From: Rhynchopus sp. YZ270_cl-10
Taxonomy: Eukaryota
Direction of reading: 5' to 3'
DNA length: 64,000 nt
Assembly: GCA_964035575.1 (NCBI GenBank)
Contig: OZ037839.1
Coordinates: 496,001-560,000 of the forward strand
The position numbers and the translations under genes are program-made. Position 1 is the first letter of the stretch, and every line of letters begins with the position of its first letter. The notes beneath the pieces are model-generated. The model was not told the DNA's origin, ran no database searches, and was given only the letters and a program-made list of their open reading frames with translations. Of the stretch, positions 54,280-64,000 are shown one piece after another.

Positions 54280-55896
54280 TCACAGGTGTATCCAAAAATG
54301 AAGTTCAATATTTTCACCGAAATGTTCTTCACACAAATCACCAAGTCCTCCTGTTTGTCCTGCACCAAATCCTCCTGCTTGTGTTGCTCCTGCTTGTCCT
54401 GCACCAAACCCTCCAAATCCTCCTGCTTGTCCTACTCCTGCTTGTTCTCGTCTTCTTGTGCTTGCATCAATCCCTTCTCTCTCGTGTCCTGCTTTCAATG
54501 CAATACATTGTCTTGCATCTCCAGACACGTCTGTTCGTACTGCCTCAAAAGCTTCTATCCGCACATCTTTGAACTGTTCCGTAAACCTTGCGTAAATCTC
54601 ACGCACACGTACATAGAAGGCCTCCTTGTAGGTGCCCATTCTAGGGTCTCCATTCGGGAGAGACAACATCTCGTCAATGTCGATGTTGCCTGGCAAGACG
54701 ACTGTTGTGAGTGTGTTGCAGTTGTGCAGGAAGCCGTACTCGATCTCTGTGTCCTTGCCTATTCCTGATATGTCCAGCGTAGTCAAGGATGTGCAATCTT
54801 GCAAGAAAGATGGATCAATCTGCCTAACATTGCTCAGTCCTGATAAGTCTGCTGTTGTCAACGCGGAGCACTCTTGCATCCAGCCGTCCTTAATGTGTGT
54901 GATGCTGCGCAACACTGATAAATCAACTGTTTTCAATGATGAGCAGTGATACAGAAGGCTGTACCCGATGTCTGTGGTATTGCCAAAAGCTGACAAGTCA
55001 ATCGTTTCCAACGAGGTGCACTCCGCACAAAAATGGGTACCAATTTCCGTCACATTCGTCATCCCTGAAAAGCTGAGGGTGGTCAACGACTTGCAGTTGA
55101 AGAGAAATCCGGAGCCGATCTTCGTGACACTGCAAAAAGCTGACAAATCAATGTTTGACAACGAGATGCAGCTCGTGAGGAAGCTGTCCTCAATGTGCGT
55201 GACTCTGCGCCATCCTGAGATGTCAAGACTTTCCAACGGGCCGCAGTCGATAAGAAAGCTTCCACCAACCGTCGTCACACTCGTCATCTCGGATAAGTCA
55301 AGCTTTGTGACGCCACTTCCTCCTAGGAACCTGTTCCCTATCACCGTCACACCAGTGAACCCTGACACGTCAAGGCTTGTCAGCGATGTGCAGCCATAGA
55401 GACAGCTAGCCCCAATGTGCGTAATGTTGCACAATCCCGACAAGTCAACGGTTTCGAGCGACGCACACTCGGAGAGGAAGTTGTGCTCAATTCGTGTCAC
55501 ACCAGACACAGCAGAGAGATCAAGTCTCGTAAACGATGCTCTGCGCAAGAACCCGGCAGGGATAACAGTCGCAACCTCCGCCTGAAGAAGCAGAGAAGCC
55601 ACCTCAGGATCCCTCACAGTCGCCAACCTCGCTTCGGAAATGTCTGTCTCACCCAAGGCACGAAGTGTCGCAAGGGATTGGTACTTCATCGACTTCGTCA
55701 ACACGACTGTGTCTCCAGCACTCAGTTCTGTGATGTCCTCTCCTTCCTCCTTCCCTCCGAAGCCCATGCGGAAGCTGTCTTCGCACAACCCTGTTGCAGA
55801 CGCCACCTTCTGCCGCATCGTCTCCGTTGTGTCATCCTCACCCACCTCAATCACGTATTTGGTGTCATCATCATATCCCTGCACACACAGTTCCAT
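54280..55896 (-). CDS. Ubiquitin-like + BspA-type LRR protein copy C (intact)
   Basis: Start MELCVQGYDDD at 55896; diverged 25-aa LRRs (IGxxFLxxCxSLxxxDLS); Gly-rich C-terminal tail. Confidence 0.9.
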   Translation of the reverse strand: MELCVQGYDDDTKYVIEVGEDDTTETMRQKVASATGLCEDSFRMGFGGKEEGEDITELSAGDTVVLTKSMKYQSLATLRALGETDISEARLATVRDPEVASLLLQAEVATVIPAGFLRRASFTRLDLSAVSGVTRIEHNFLSECASLETVDLSGLCNITHIGASCLYGCTSLTSLDVSGFTGVTVIGNRFLGGSGVTKLDLSEMTSVTTVGGSFLIDCGPLESLDISGWRRVTHIEDSFLTSCISLSNIDLSAFCSVTKIGSGFLFNCKSLTTLSFSGMTNVTEIGTHFCAECTSLETIDLSAFGNTTDIGYSLLYHCSSLKTVDLSVLRSITHIKDGWMQECSALTTADLSGLSNVRQIDPSFLQDCTSLTTLDISGIGKDTEIEYGFLHNCNTLTTVVLPGNIDIDEMLSLPNGDPRMGTYKEAFYVRVREIYARFTEQFKDVRIEAFEAVRTDVSGDARQCIALKAGHEREGIDASTRRREQAGVGQAGGFGGFGAGQAGATQAGGFGAGQTGGLGDLCEEHFGENIELHFWIHL

Positions 55897-56741
55897 TGTT
55901 TCGAGTGAAGTGTTGCTCTGTTTTGGGGTAAGTGTTGAGAAGGAAGAGGAGGGAGGCAAGATACAACAAAACTTTTTTTTTGTTTTTCACTTCTCATGTC
56001 TTGGACTTCTGCAGATACTCTCATATGAGCGGCAGGGTGTGAAGTCCAAGACATACAACGCACCGGGACTACTCCACCGAAACCGCGAAACGACGGGTTT
56101 TAACATTGGTCAGCTAAGTTCGCTTCCTTGCAAACTCAGACACAGGCTCCCTGCGATTGGAAGAGAGAGCAGGCGAGCTCCCTGATGTGAACCGATACCT
56201 CTCGGATGAGGAGAAGACAGATATTTCTACCATCTCTCTGATGTTGTAGCGTGAGGGGCCGACGATAGACAACTGACATGAAAACGGTTTCATCTTTTTT
56301 TCTTTCTTCTTTGTCTAATATTTTGAATTACCTTTCTTTCTTGATAGTGCAGACGAGGCTCCACTGCATATTTTCCCCCCTCGGGTGCTGTCGCAAATGT
56401 GTTAACACGCACAAACCGCTACCCTGAGGACTTCATGTCCATATCCTTCCCCCAGTAATACACACACCACATAGGGCATGCAGCTAGGAAGATACCATTA
56501 TGACAGAAATTATTATCACTCCATTCGCACACAATGCAAACCTTCCTCTTTTACCCTCTCTCTCACTCTTTTGTCAGTCGCGACGTAGATATGTAAATAT
56601 TTCTTTTTTGGGCAGAACGTTTCAATAGCCCTACCCCCCTTCCTCAGCCTCCCAAAACGATCTTCTATTCAGGGGGAGACGGCTTCTATCTGGGGAGCGG
56701 TATTTGGGGTGGCTTGCTGCTCTTTTTAGAATCGCACAATG

Positions 56742-56881
56742 GGGTTTAGACCGTCGTGAGACAGGTTGGTTTTACCCTACTGATGGAGAGAGAGCCCCTC
56801 GGGCCAGCGTATGTCGACAGCAATATGGGGTAGTACGAGAGAGGAACTCCCATTTTCTAGTCCCCTGGTATCTACGGTTGT
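56742..56881 (+). pseudogene. LSU (28S-type) rRNA fragment including the sarcin-ricin loop, flanked by 29-bp imperfect direct repeats
   Basis: GGGTTTAGACCGTCGTGAGACAGGTTGGTTTTACCCTACTGATG and AGTACGAGA(GA)GGAAC match highly conserved eukaryotic LSU motifs; flanks 56713-56741 and 56882-56910 match at 26/29. Confidence 0.9.
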
Positions 56882-56931
56882 CTTGCTGCTCGCTTTAGAA
56901 TTGCACAATGTTCACACCCACACTCTACTTA

Positions 56932-57044
56932 ATGGCGGCAGTATTGTGATGGGGGCCCATTAGAATACGAAAAATACGCAAAGAAATACATCATTGATGT
57001 ATTTCGCGCATTCCAATGGGCTCCCATCACAATACTGCCGCCAT
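56932..57044. mobile_element. 113-bp Tourist-like MITE (~30-bp TIRs, TTA duplication) just downstream of the ARM gene stop
   Basis: tta|atggcggcagtattgtgatggg...cccatcacaatactgccgccat|tta. Confidence 0.75.
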
Positions 57045-57066
57045 TTAACTCTATTCCCCCACAGGG

Positions 57067-59132
57067 TTACAAGAGATCGCATAAAGTGGTTGACATGATG
57101 AATTCTTCCGCTTCGTCTTCAATGATAAGACTCTGTAGCAGTGTTGTTGTGAGGTGTGCGATCAGTGTGCGCTTCTCTGATGGGAGGTCGGGGAGGGTGG
57201 CGTGGATGCGCACCATCACGCCGATGATGCCTCCTTCCACGAAAAGGCGCTTTATGTCCGGACGGATGCTGAAGAGGAGGAGCGATCGAAGGGTCAGCTC
57301 GTTGTTCGTTGTGTCGTGAAGGGCGCGCGCCACAAGGAGGTCCACCCCTCCCAGGTCTACAACTGTTACACGGTCCTGCTCGCTTTTGCAGCAGCTGATG
57401 ATCAGTTTTGCGACGTCGTTTTGTAAGGTGCTGTCGTTCGATGCGGTGCTCACCTCAAGCAGTGCAGGCAGAACGTCTCTGAGAATGACGTCGCGCCTGC
57501 TAAGTGCGAGCCGATTGGAGCACTCTGCAATTTTCGTGCAGAGTTCGACATTCATTTTGTTTTTGCGGAGAATGCGTGCCATGCACTGCATGGGAACGTC
57601 TTCGAGAAGCATCGGGAGTTCATTTGTCGCTAGCAGCAATGCGACACTCTTCAAAACGACGAGGAGCAGGCGTGGGGAGGCCTCGTAACGCATCATTGTG
57701 TCTACAAGGACGGAGCAGCTGCGGTCTGTCAAAAGGCCCCGCGCTTCTTCGCAGCTGACGCAGACGAGAACCACCTTGGCGGCAGCTTCAAGCACCTCCA
57801 GCGTGGCTTCGCTTCTGCTAAGTAGGTCGAACAGCATGGTTTGCCCAGCGAACATAAGCGAGAGGTGCACGCCAGCTGTCTCGCACACCACCACAACGCA
57901 ATCTAAGAGCTCGACCAGCGCAGGCCCGTTCAGCTCCGTGGCTTTGACAACAGTTCCGGTGCTCGCAACCAGGCTTTGGACTGCATGGTATTTCTTCAGG
58001 TCCGCAGCGGCAGCGGCGCCGCCAACATTGGCGCACAGCTTCTTCACACAGATGTACACCGTCACCATCGAGGCTACGTTCTCACGCACGGCAGAGGTAC
58101 ATCGGAGCAGCAATACCAGACCGTTTCGGTCGAGCAGTTCTTTCGCTGTGTTCAGGGTTGTGGTAGGCAAACCGGCAACATAAGAGTGGGTTTTTTTGGC
58201 AAATAACAAAAACCTACATTGACTCTGCCGTGATTTTCATTGGACCCCAAGAGGGGGTTTTTTGGCAAAAAAAAAAATGGCATACCACTGCTGTAGTAGT
58301 CGCATAACGGTGCGATTGCTTCTGCGGCTGCAGTGATGACAGGAACTCTGGACTGCCCGCCACGCCCAAGGAGGGAAAGAAACATAGGCACGCAGCCACA
58401 GGAGAGCAGCTTCGCAATGGTGTCCTTGCAGGTCAGCATCCCAAGCGTCTTGACAGCGTCGATGAGCAGCGAGCTGTCCTGCTGCATATTCCGCTGCAGC
58501 ATCCCAAACACCGTTTCCACCAACGACGGCACACCACCTAGATGCTTTGCATTGACCGGATCCACACACAAAGCTTGGATCCCTGCCAGCACACCTTGGG
58601 TCAATGCACGGTCATGAAAATCTGATACTGTTGCCAACTCACTCACAAGCGAGACCAAATTGCAGTCTGTCAGGATTTTGCAGTAATGAAGCGCGGTTTG
58701 CAATGCATTGTACTGCCGCAGCTGGAGCTCCGCCGTGGTGAGGCAGGTCAACGTCTTGGAGGAGGAGCGCGAGACGAGCACCTCCTCATGCAATTGTGGC
58801 GAACAGAACTTCCGGAGCACCTCTGCTGCATACGAGACGTACGCAGACTCATGCTTGAAGCGCTGCATAGTGCTGCACACCCATCGGATCGTTTCGTCGT
58901 TGACCACAGAAGGCGCCCCATGAAGATAGTTCAGCCGCAACGTGAACGTCTCCAAGTCACTGCAGTAGTGTCTCAGCGCACTCCTCCCCAGCTCATCCGT
59001 CGGCGTCCGTGTAGGAACCAACAGCAGACCCGACTTCTGATTTGATGTGTAAATCTCATCACCTGCAGCATGCGTCGCAGAAGCACGCAGCCGTGTCAAC
59101 ACGGTGTCCATCTGGTCTGGTGTGTGCCCCAT
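57067..59132 (-). CDS. ARM/HEAT-repeat protein; exons 59132-58286 and 58145-57067
   Basis: Two overlapping track ORFs join in frame via a 140-bp GTATGC...CACAG intron (58285-58146); helical repeats with GGVPSLV, GCVPMFL, GGVDLLV, GGIIGVM. Confidence 0.8.
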
Positions 59133-59267
59133 AGTGTGGGGGGGAGGGAGGAGGGCTGTTGTGCAATGGGTGGTTATGTGTTAAGGAGGGGAGAAAGGGG
59201 GAGAAAAGTTGGTGTGAGAGGGTTGCGTGATATCCAACATAAGGCTAAGAGGGGGGGGGTACGAGCC

Positions 59268-59351
59268 GCATACCTAGAAGGCGAATTTCGTATTCGCCCT
59301 ATATTCGGATCCGAATATAGGGCGAATATCATATTCGCTTTCTAGGTATGC
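59268..59351. repeat. 84-bp near-perfect palindrome centred on GGATCC (possible TA-inserted mini-MITE)
   Basis: gcatacctagaaggcgaat...ccctatattcggatccgaatataggg...attcgctttctaggtatgc. Confidence 0.85.
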
Positions 59352-59400
59352 CTAGGGGGGTAGGGGGTTATGGTGGTATTGGTTAGTCGATACCAAGCGT

Positions 59401-61521
59401 TTAGATGCCGTTTTCAGACAACGAAATAAAGCAAGAGACAGCATCAGTGGCATGCATGTCCCGTGCCTCAAGGACCCGGTAGCAACCCTGGTGGGCAACA
59501 AGAACGTCTTCAAGGGCAGACGGCGGTGTTGTCCCTTCAGGAGGCTCATACAGAACGACCCCGTCACGCACAGCCTCCTCGCATAGCGCCCAACTCCGAC
59601 GTACAACAGCCCCCATCACAGTCACGAAGCGCTGGCTCCGTGCACCAACATCCCCGTGCTGTACAGGGCCGCTGACAAGCCCAGCCCCGTTCAGTGCAGA
59701 CTTCACAGATGTGCGCTGCACAAATCGTATCGCGTTCTCCATGTGTGCAGGTACAGAGCGCGACACGTTCCACCCAACACAGACACAGTTCCCAAGCAGC
59801 GTCACCAGACTCCCTCCACTCTGCTCCAGTGCCGTGGTCAGTGTCGTGAGTCGTGAGCTCATCTGGTGAAAGGCTATGTTTTGTCCCACGTCACCCACTG
59901 CAAGCTGTGCAACTCCTAATGTACCGGAGATCTGTGCGGAGTGTCCCAACAGCGTGACTGCCAGGTTGTTTGTGAATGAAGCAGACGACGCACGTGTGGA
60001 AATACTCGTTGCCAGAGTCATCTTCTGCTTCGCACTTGCCGAATAAGACTCGCAAAGTGGTGTCTCCCTTCGTCCCCCAAGTGAAACAGGCCACACACAG
60101 CACACCAACATGCTCCCAGACACACCCTTCAAGTGAACTGCTCTTGGCAGACTAGCAACAGCACTGCACGACTCAGAGACAGACGTCCACAGGTCAGAGG
60201 GAACAGCCACAGCACCAGGCGTGCATGTGCTCTCAAGCCGTGATGCAACGTTCACTGTGTGTCCGAAGTAGTCCGTCCGTCCCGTCAGTGTGTTCCGTTC
60301 GACAGTCACAGGGCCAGTGTTCACACCGATGCGCACAGTCAAACCACCCCACAGCGACCCCTGAAGAGAACAGATGGGTGCATCCTCAAGCAGAGATGCA
60401 GGCCAGTCTGCTTCGAAAAGACGTTCCTGCACACGCAACCCAAACGCCACACCATCGCGAGTGGATGCAAAGGCAATCATGAAGGCGTCGCCTATGGTCT
60501 TCACCTCGTACCCATTACACATCCGCATCACATCACGCATCACAGCGTTGTGTATCTGCAGTCCAGCACGCATCCCCTCGGGCGCGTTTTCCCAGATCGA
60601 CGTCGACGCACGGATGTCTGTGAACACAATTGTTGCAGTCTCTTTGTCAAGTCCAGGCGGTGCCACAGTCGGCTGCTGCACACCGTCCTCATCCACCTCA
60701 AACAGCGCAGCAGGGAGGTAGGGACGGTACTTCCGCAGGTTCTCCTCCAAGTTCCGCAGTGCCGCTGTCATCTCCTCAGGCAGGTCACCCTCATGCGCCT
60801 TCAGCAGCTCCGCCACCTGCTCCACGTCGTAGTCGGCCAGGAGTGCTGCAATTTCCTGCACAGCGTTGATGGTCCGCTCCATTGATGCCTGCTCCTTCAG
60901 GAGACCACGTGCAAAGCCTCGGGTTGCGATGAAGTCGATGACGAACACACTCACAGCAGCGACGTTAAAGCGCAGGCGCGTAACTGGGCACGGGAGATCT
61001 GCACACTGATAGGATTCGTCCCTGTAGGCTGCCCTCTCCTCCTGTGGCATGATACCAGGCATGTCGAGGAGGCCAAACCTGAAGAATTCCTCCACACCCA
61101 TGACAAAGAAGTACACCACTGCGACACAGACGACACACATGCTGTATCGTGTGGGCACCTCCATCACAAGGAGGAAGTCCACCACAAGCACAAGCAGCCC
61201 CCAGCCAGTGTTCCCTATAGAACGGGCGGTGATGTCAGCACTAAACACTACCAGCGCGTAGATGTAGGCGACGCATACTATGGTGGGTGTGGTCAGCTTG
61301 CCTTTGCAAAGCACCAGCACAGTGGCGCAGATCGCCGCACACATTGTGACAAGACCTGTGACACAGTACAGGTATCGTCCTCGTATACCGCCCCACACCC
61401 CCAACGTGCCAGTCGTCATCAGCAACGCTATAATATTAAAGACGAAGAACATCGTCCGCCTCTGTGTAGCCTTCTTGTCTAGTGTGCCATCCAGCGACAG
61501 CACAGCATCCAGACAGCGCAT
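59401..61521 (-). CDS. Multi-TM receptor-type class III adenylate cyclase with a degenerate second cyclase-like domain
   Basis: TIVFTDIRASTSIWE, GYEVKTIGDAFM, VRIGVNTG, DYFGHTVNVASRLES; ~6 N-terminal TM segments. Confidence 0.92.
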   Translation of the reverse strand: MRCLDAVLSLDGTLDKKATQRRTMFFVFNIIALLMTTGTLGVWGGIRGRYLYCVTGLVTMCAAICATVLVLCKGKLTTPTIVCVAYIYALVVFSADITARSIGNTGWGLLVLVVDFLLVMEVPTRYSMCVVCVAVVYFFVMGVEEFFRFGLLDMPGIMPQEERAAYRDESYQCADLPCPVTRLRFNVAAVSVFVIDFIATRGFARGLLKEQASMERTINAVQEIAALLADYDVEQVAELLKAHEGDLPEEMTAALRNLEENLRKYRPYLPAALFEVDEDGVQQPTVAPPGLDKETATIVFTDIRASTSIWENAPEGMRAGLQIHNAVMRDVMRMCNGYEVKTIGDAFMIAFASTRDGVAFGLRVQERLFEADWPASLLEDAPICSLQGSLWGGLTVRIGVNTGPVTVERNTLTGRTDYFGHTVNVASRLESTCTPGAVAVPSDLWTSVSESCSAVASLPRAVHLKGVSGSMLVCCVWPVSLGGRRETPLCESYSASAKQKMTLATSISTRASSASFTNNLAVTLLGHSAQISGTLGVAQLAVGDVGQNIAFHQMSSRLTTLTTALEQSGGSLVTLLGNCVCVGWNVSRSVPAHMENAIRFVQRTSVKSALNGAGLVSGPVQHGDVGARSQRFVTVMGAVVRRSWALCEEAVRDGVVLYEPPEGTTPPSALEDVLVAHQGCYRVLEARDMHATDAVSCFISLSENGI

Positions 61522-61848
61522 TGTGTTCGTGTGTTCTTGACACCGGTGTATTTTGTTTGAAAATTGATGAAAAAAAAAAAAATTAGGGAGGAAGAACGAA
61601 AACCATGAAGAGAAAGGAAAGGGAAAAATTTTGCTCTGAATGTGATGTTTTGTGTTTTGGGCAGGGGAGATATAAAATCTGTTGGATAAAAATATATCCG
61701 TTTCGCTTGATCAGATCTCGACCGTTTGTTGCATTGCACGCTTCCACTTTTTTTTTGAAAAAATTGATTGTTTCCAGCACACGCAGACTGTGTCAGTGTG
61801 TGATGGTATATGATTATTGCCTGAAGTACAGAAAATGGGAGTGTCGGT

Positions 61849-63437
61849 GGGGGATCCGTAAATAGACCGGCAACGACCAGACACGTAATTAGTGTGTATA
61901 GCCGGTCTTTAGCCGGTCTTTAGGGTCCGTAAAAAGACCGGCTCTTAAGGATTACCGGCTATAAGGGCCGGTCCTACCCACCCTCGAAAAAGACCGGCAG
62001 ACCGGGTGTACAATTGTACACACAAAAAATACCCGATTTTTTGGAAAAAACCAAAGGGGGGACCCTTTGGTCGTCGAAATTCCCCAGCCAAAATTGGTCG
62101 CAAAATCGGCCGATTTTTCAAAAATCTCAAAAAAAAAAAAATCCCAAAAATTTTTTTTCACAAGTGTTTTTGAGGCCTGTTCACTACACCCTAGGCACCC
62201 TCCTGGGACCAAAAAGTCAAAAAAAGCAAGAATTGAGCTGTTTTGAGCATCTAGAGTTTATTCCCCAGCCATTTTCTGCACCACCAGTGCACTTTGTATG
62301 GGCCAGCGCCTTGTCAAAAAATCGAAAAATCTCAAAAAAAAATTTTTTTTTTTCGGGAAAATTTCGACCCCTGAGTTGGGTTTTTGGGCACCAAAAAGTG
62401 CAAAAAAACGCAAAAATCGGGTGTTTTGACGATCTGGGGGTAAACCATATGCATTATGCACCTTATGCATTACTACAGGGCCCACAATTTCGGCTTTTCC
62501 TTAGCAAATTCCGCCACAATTTTTTTTTTTTTTCGATTTTGGCAAAGGCAAATCTCAGGCAAAAAGAAATCACCCCGATAATGGGTCCTTGGGTGTCCAA
62601 AGATGCCAAAAACACAAAAAAAATTGATGTTTTGACCATCGGTGGGCACCTAAAACGCACTTTTCTGCCCAAAAAATGAATATCGATTTTTCTTAGCGTT
62701 CTTATAGCCGTGATTTTTCAGTTTTTTTTCGCAAAGGTGAAAAAAAAATTCACCCAAAATAGTGGGTCCTTGGGAGACCAAAAACGCAAAAAAACGCAAC
62801 ATTTTGGTGTTTTGACCCTTCAGAAGCACCCAAAACGCACTTTTGTGTACCAAAACACGCATATTTCACATTTCCTTAGCAATTCCTTTCACAAGTACAA
62901 GGCGATTTTTGACCAGACAAAAAAATTTTTATTGCCCAAAAACGGGCGTGGTAGGCACCCGAAGTCATAAAATGGCCCAAAGAATCCAAAAAACCTCAGA
63001 AATACATGTTCGTGAATAAACATTTGCAAGTCAAAATTCAACCACAATACGGTCATTTTGTGCATACCCTGTAGCTGTAGTGGCTAGAGAACACGCATGC
63101 AGACCTGTTCCTTGCAATTTCCAGTGTTGTGTTTATCAATGCATGCATCCAGAGGACCTCTGGTTTGCGGAATCGTAGGCACTCCTGAGCAAAAATGAAA
63201 TCGGTTTTTGACCCAAAATCGGGGTGTGTGGGCCCTAATTTGCTCCAAATTTGGCCGAAAATTGGGATTTTTCTGAAAATTTCATTGTGCTCAGCAAAAA
63301 TCCTTGCTTTTTTGAAGAATTTTCCAAAAAATATGCTATACCCCCTATGACTGGACCCAACTCCCCTCACCCTTTTTTTTTTTCACCCAAAAGGGCCGGA
63401 AATTTTACACACGAATACACAAACTTACGGACCCCCC
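61849..63437. mobile_element. 1.59-kb non-autonomous TIR element (GGGGG(A/G)TCCGTAA ends; GGT duplication, alternatively CGGTG)
   Basis: Interrupts repeat module C, whose empty site gtgtcggtggcggagcac is at ~1142-1159. Confidence 0.9.
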
Positions 63438-64000
63438 GGTGGCGGAGCACAAAAGAGGTAAAATGAAAAACATATCGGGTGGGGTCTCTGATCTAATCTG
63501 TGCGACGAATATATTTCCCCTAACACGCCATGTTTGGCCAGGGCCTCTCCAGCGCGTCAGTTGCAAAAGAAATTGTTATTTATCTTGTTCGCGTGCTGAA
63601 ATACGGGGGGGAGGTGGAGCAAAGGGGGAAGGGGAAAACGGTAAGACTCATGGTAACCGAAGAAAACACGTCTTTCATTTCCAGACGTATTGCATACTCG
63701 TACAAAAGAAAATTCGAAAACTCGAAAATTGTATTAACCCTTTATGACGAAGTGGTGAGAGGGTCACAGTCACAGCAGACAATCCCGAGGGACACTCATC
63801 CACGAACGCTATTGCGATTGCTCATCCCCCCTACTCGCTTCGGGGTACAGATGTCTTGTCAAAATGCCACCCGAGGACCGAAACACAACCACACGCGAAC
63901 ACGGCGATATCGCAAACGACACACTTGAGACATCCGGGATTATACGCACACAGGACATGGTCGCCACATCGTACTGGCGCAGCTGCTCCGCAGCAACCTT

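Noticed and set aside
56742..56881. Functional rRNA gene
   Set aside because: Only 140 bp, with a 2-nt insertion in the invariant sarcin-ricin loop and no adjoining rDNA.
61849..63437. Bacterial Tn3-family transposon (GGGG ends, possible 5-bp duplication)
   Set aside because: TIR match is only ~13 bp, there is no transposase or resolvase, and the sister copy at 9929-13827 fits a 3-bp duplication better.

Overview
Eukaryotic genomic DNA, most likely from a euglenozoan protist (diplonemid-like). This is an inference from a trypanosomatid-type CBS-domain GMP reductase, a receptor-type adenylate cyclase, canonical GT-AG introns, and all ~13 credible genes lying on the minus strand. Genes: a PHD-like ORF running off the left edge, two single-pass surface proteins, a kaptin-like protein, a RanBP2-ZnF/CAP protein, a SHIPPO-repeat protein, three ubiquitin-like + BspA-type LRR paralogs (one broken by two insertions), a multi-TM pseudo-lipase, an IQ/Sfi1-like protein, GMP reductase (1 intron), an ARM-repeat protein (1 intron) and an adenylate cyclase. 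Intergenic DNA is dense with non-autonomous TIR elements (two with their empty sites visible in the window), MITE-like palindromes and satellites. The most striking item is a 4.46-kb non-coding insertion in an LRR gene, flanked by a 20-21-bp target-site duplication (TSD). Its minus-strand 5' end is a near-textbook HDV-like self-cleaving ribozyme, followed by 30 tandem ~133-bp units. Three other unrelated insertions also carry 20-29-bp duplications with no TIRs or poly(A): 854 bp non-coding, a 180-bp ATG-starting coding fragment, and a 140-bp LSU rRNA piece with the sarcin-ricin loop. Together they suggest a long-stagger retro-insertion machinery that captures diverse RNAs. All calls are by eye; no database searches or folding programs were run.
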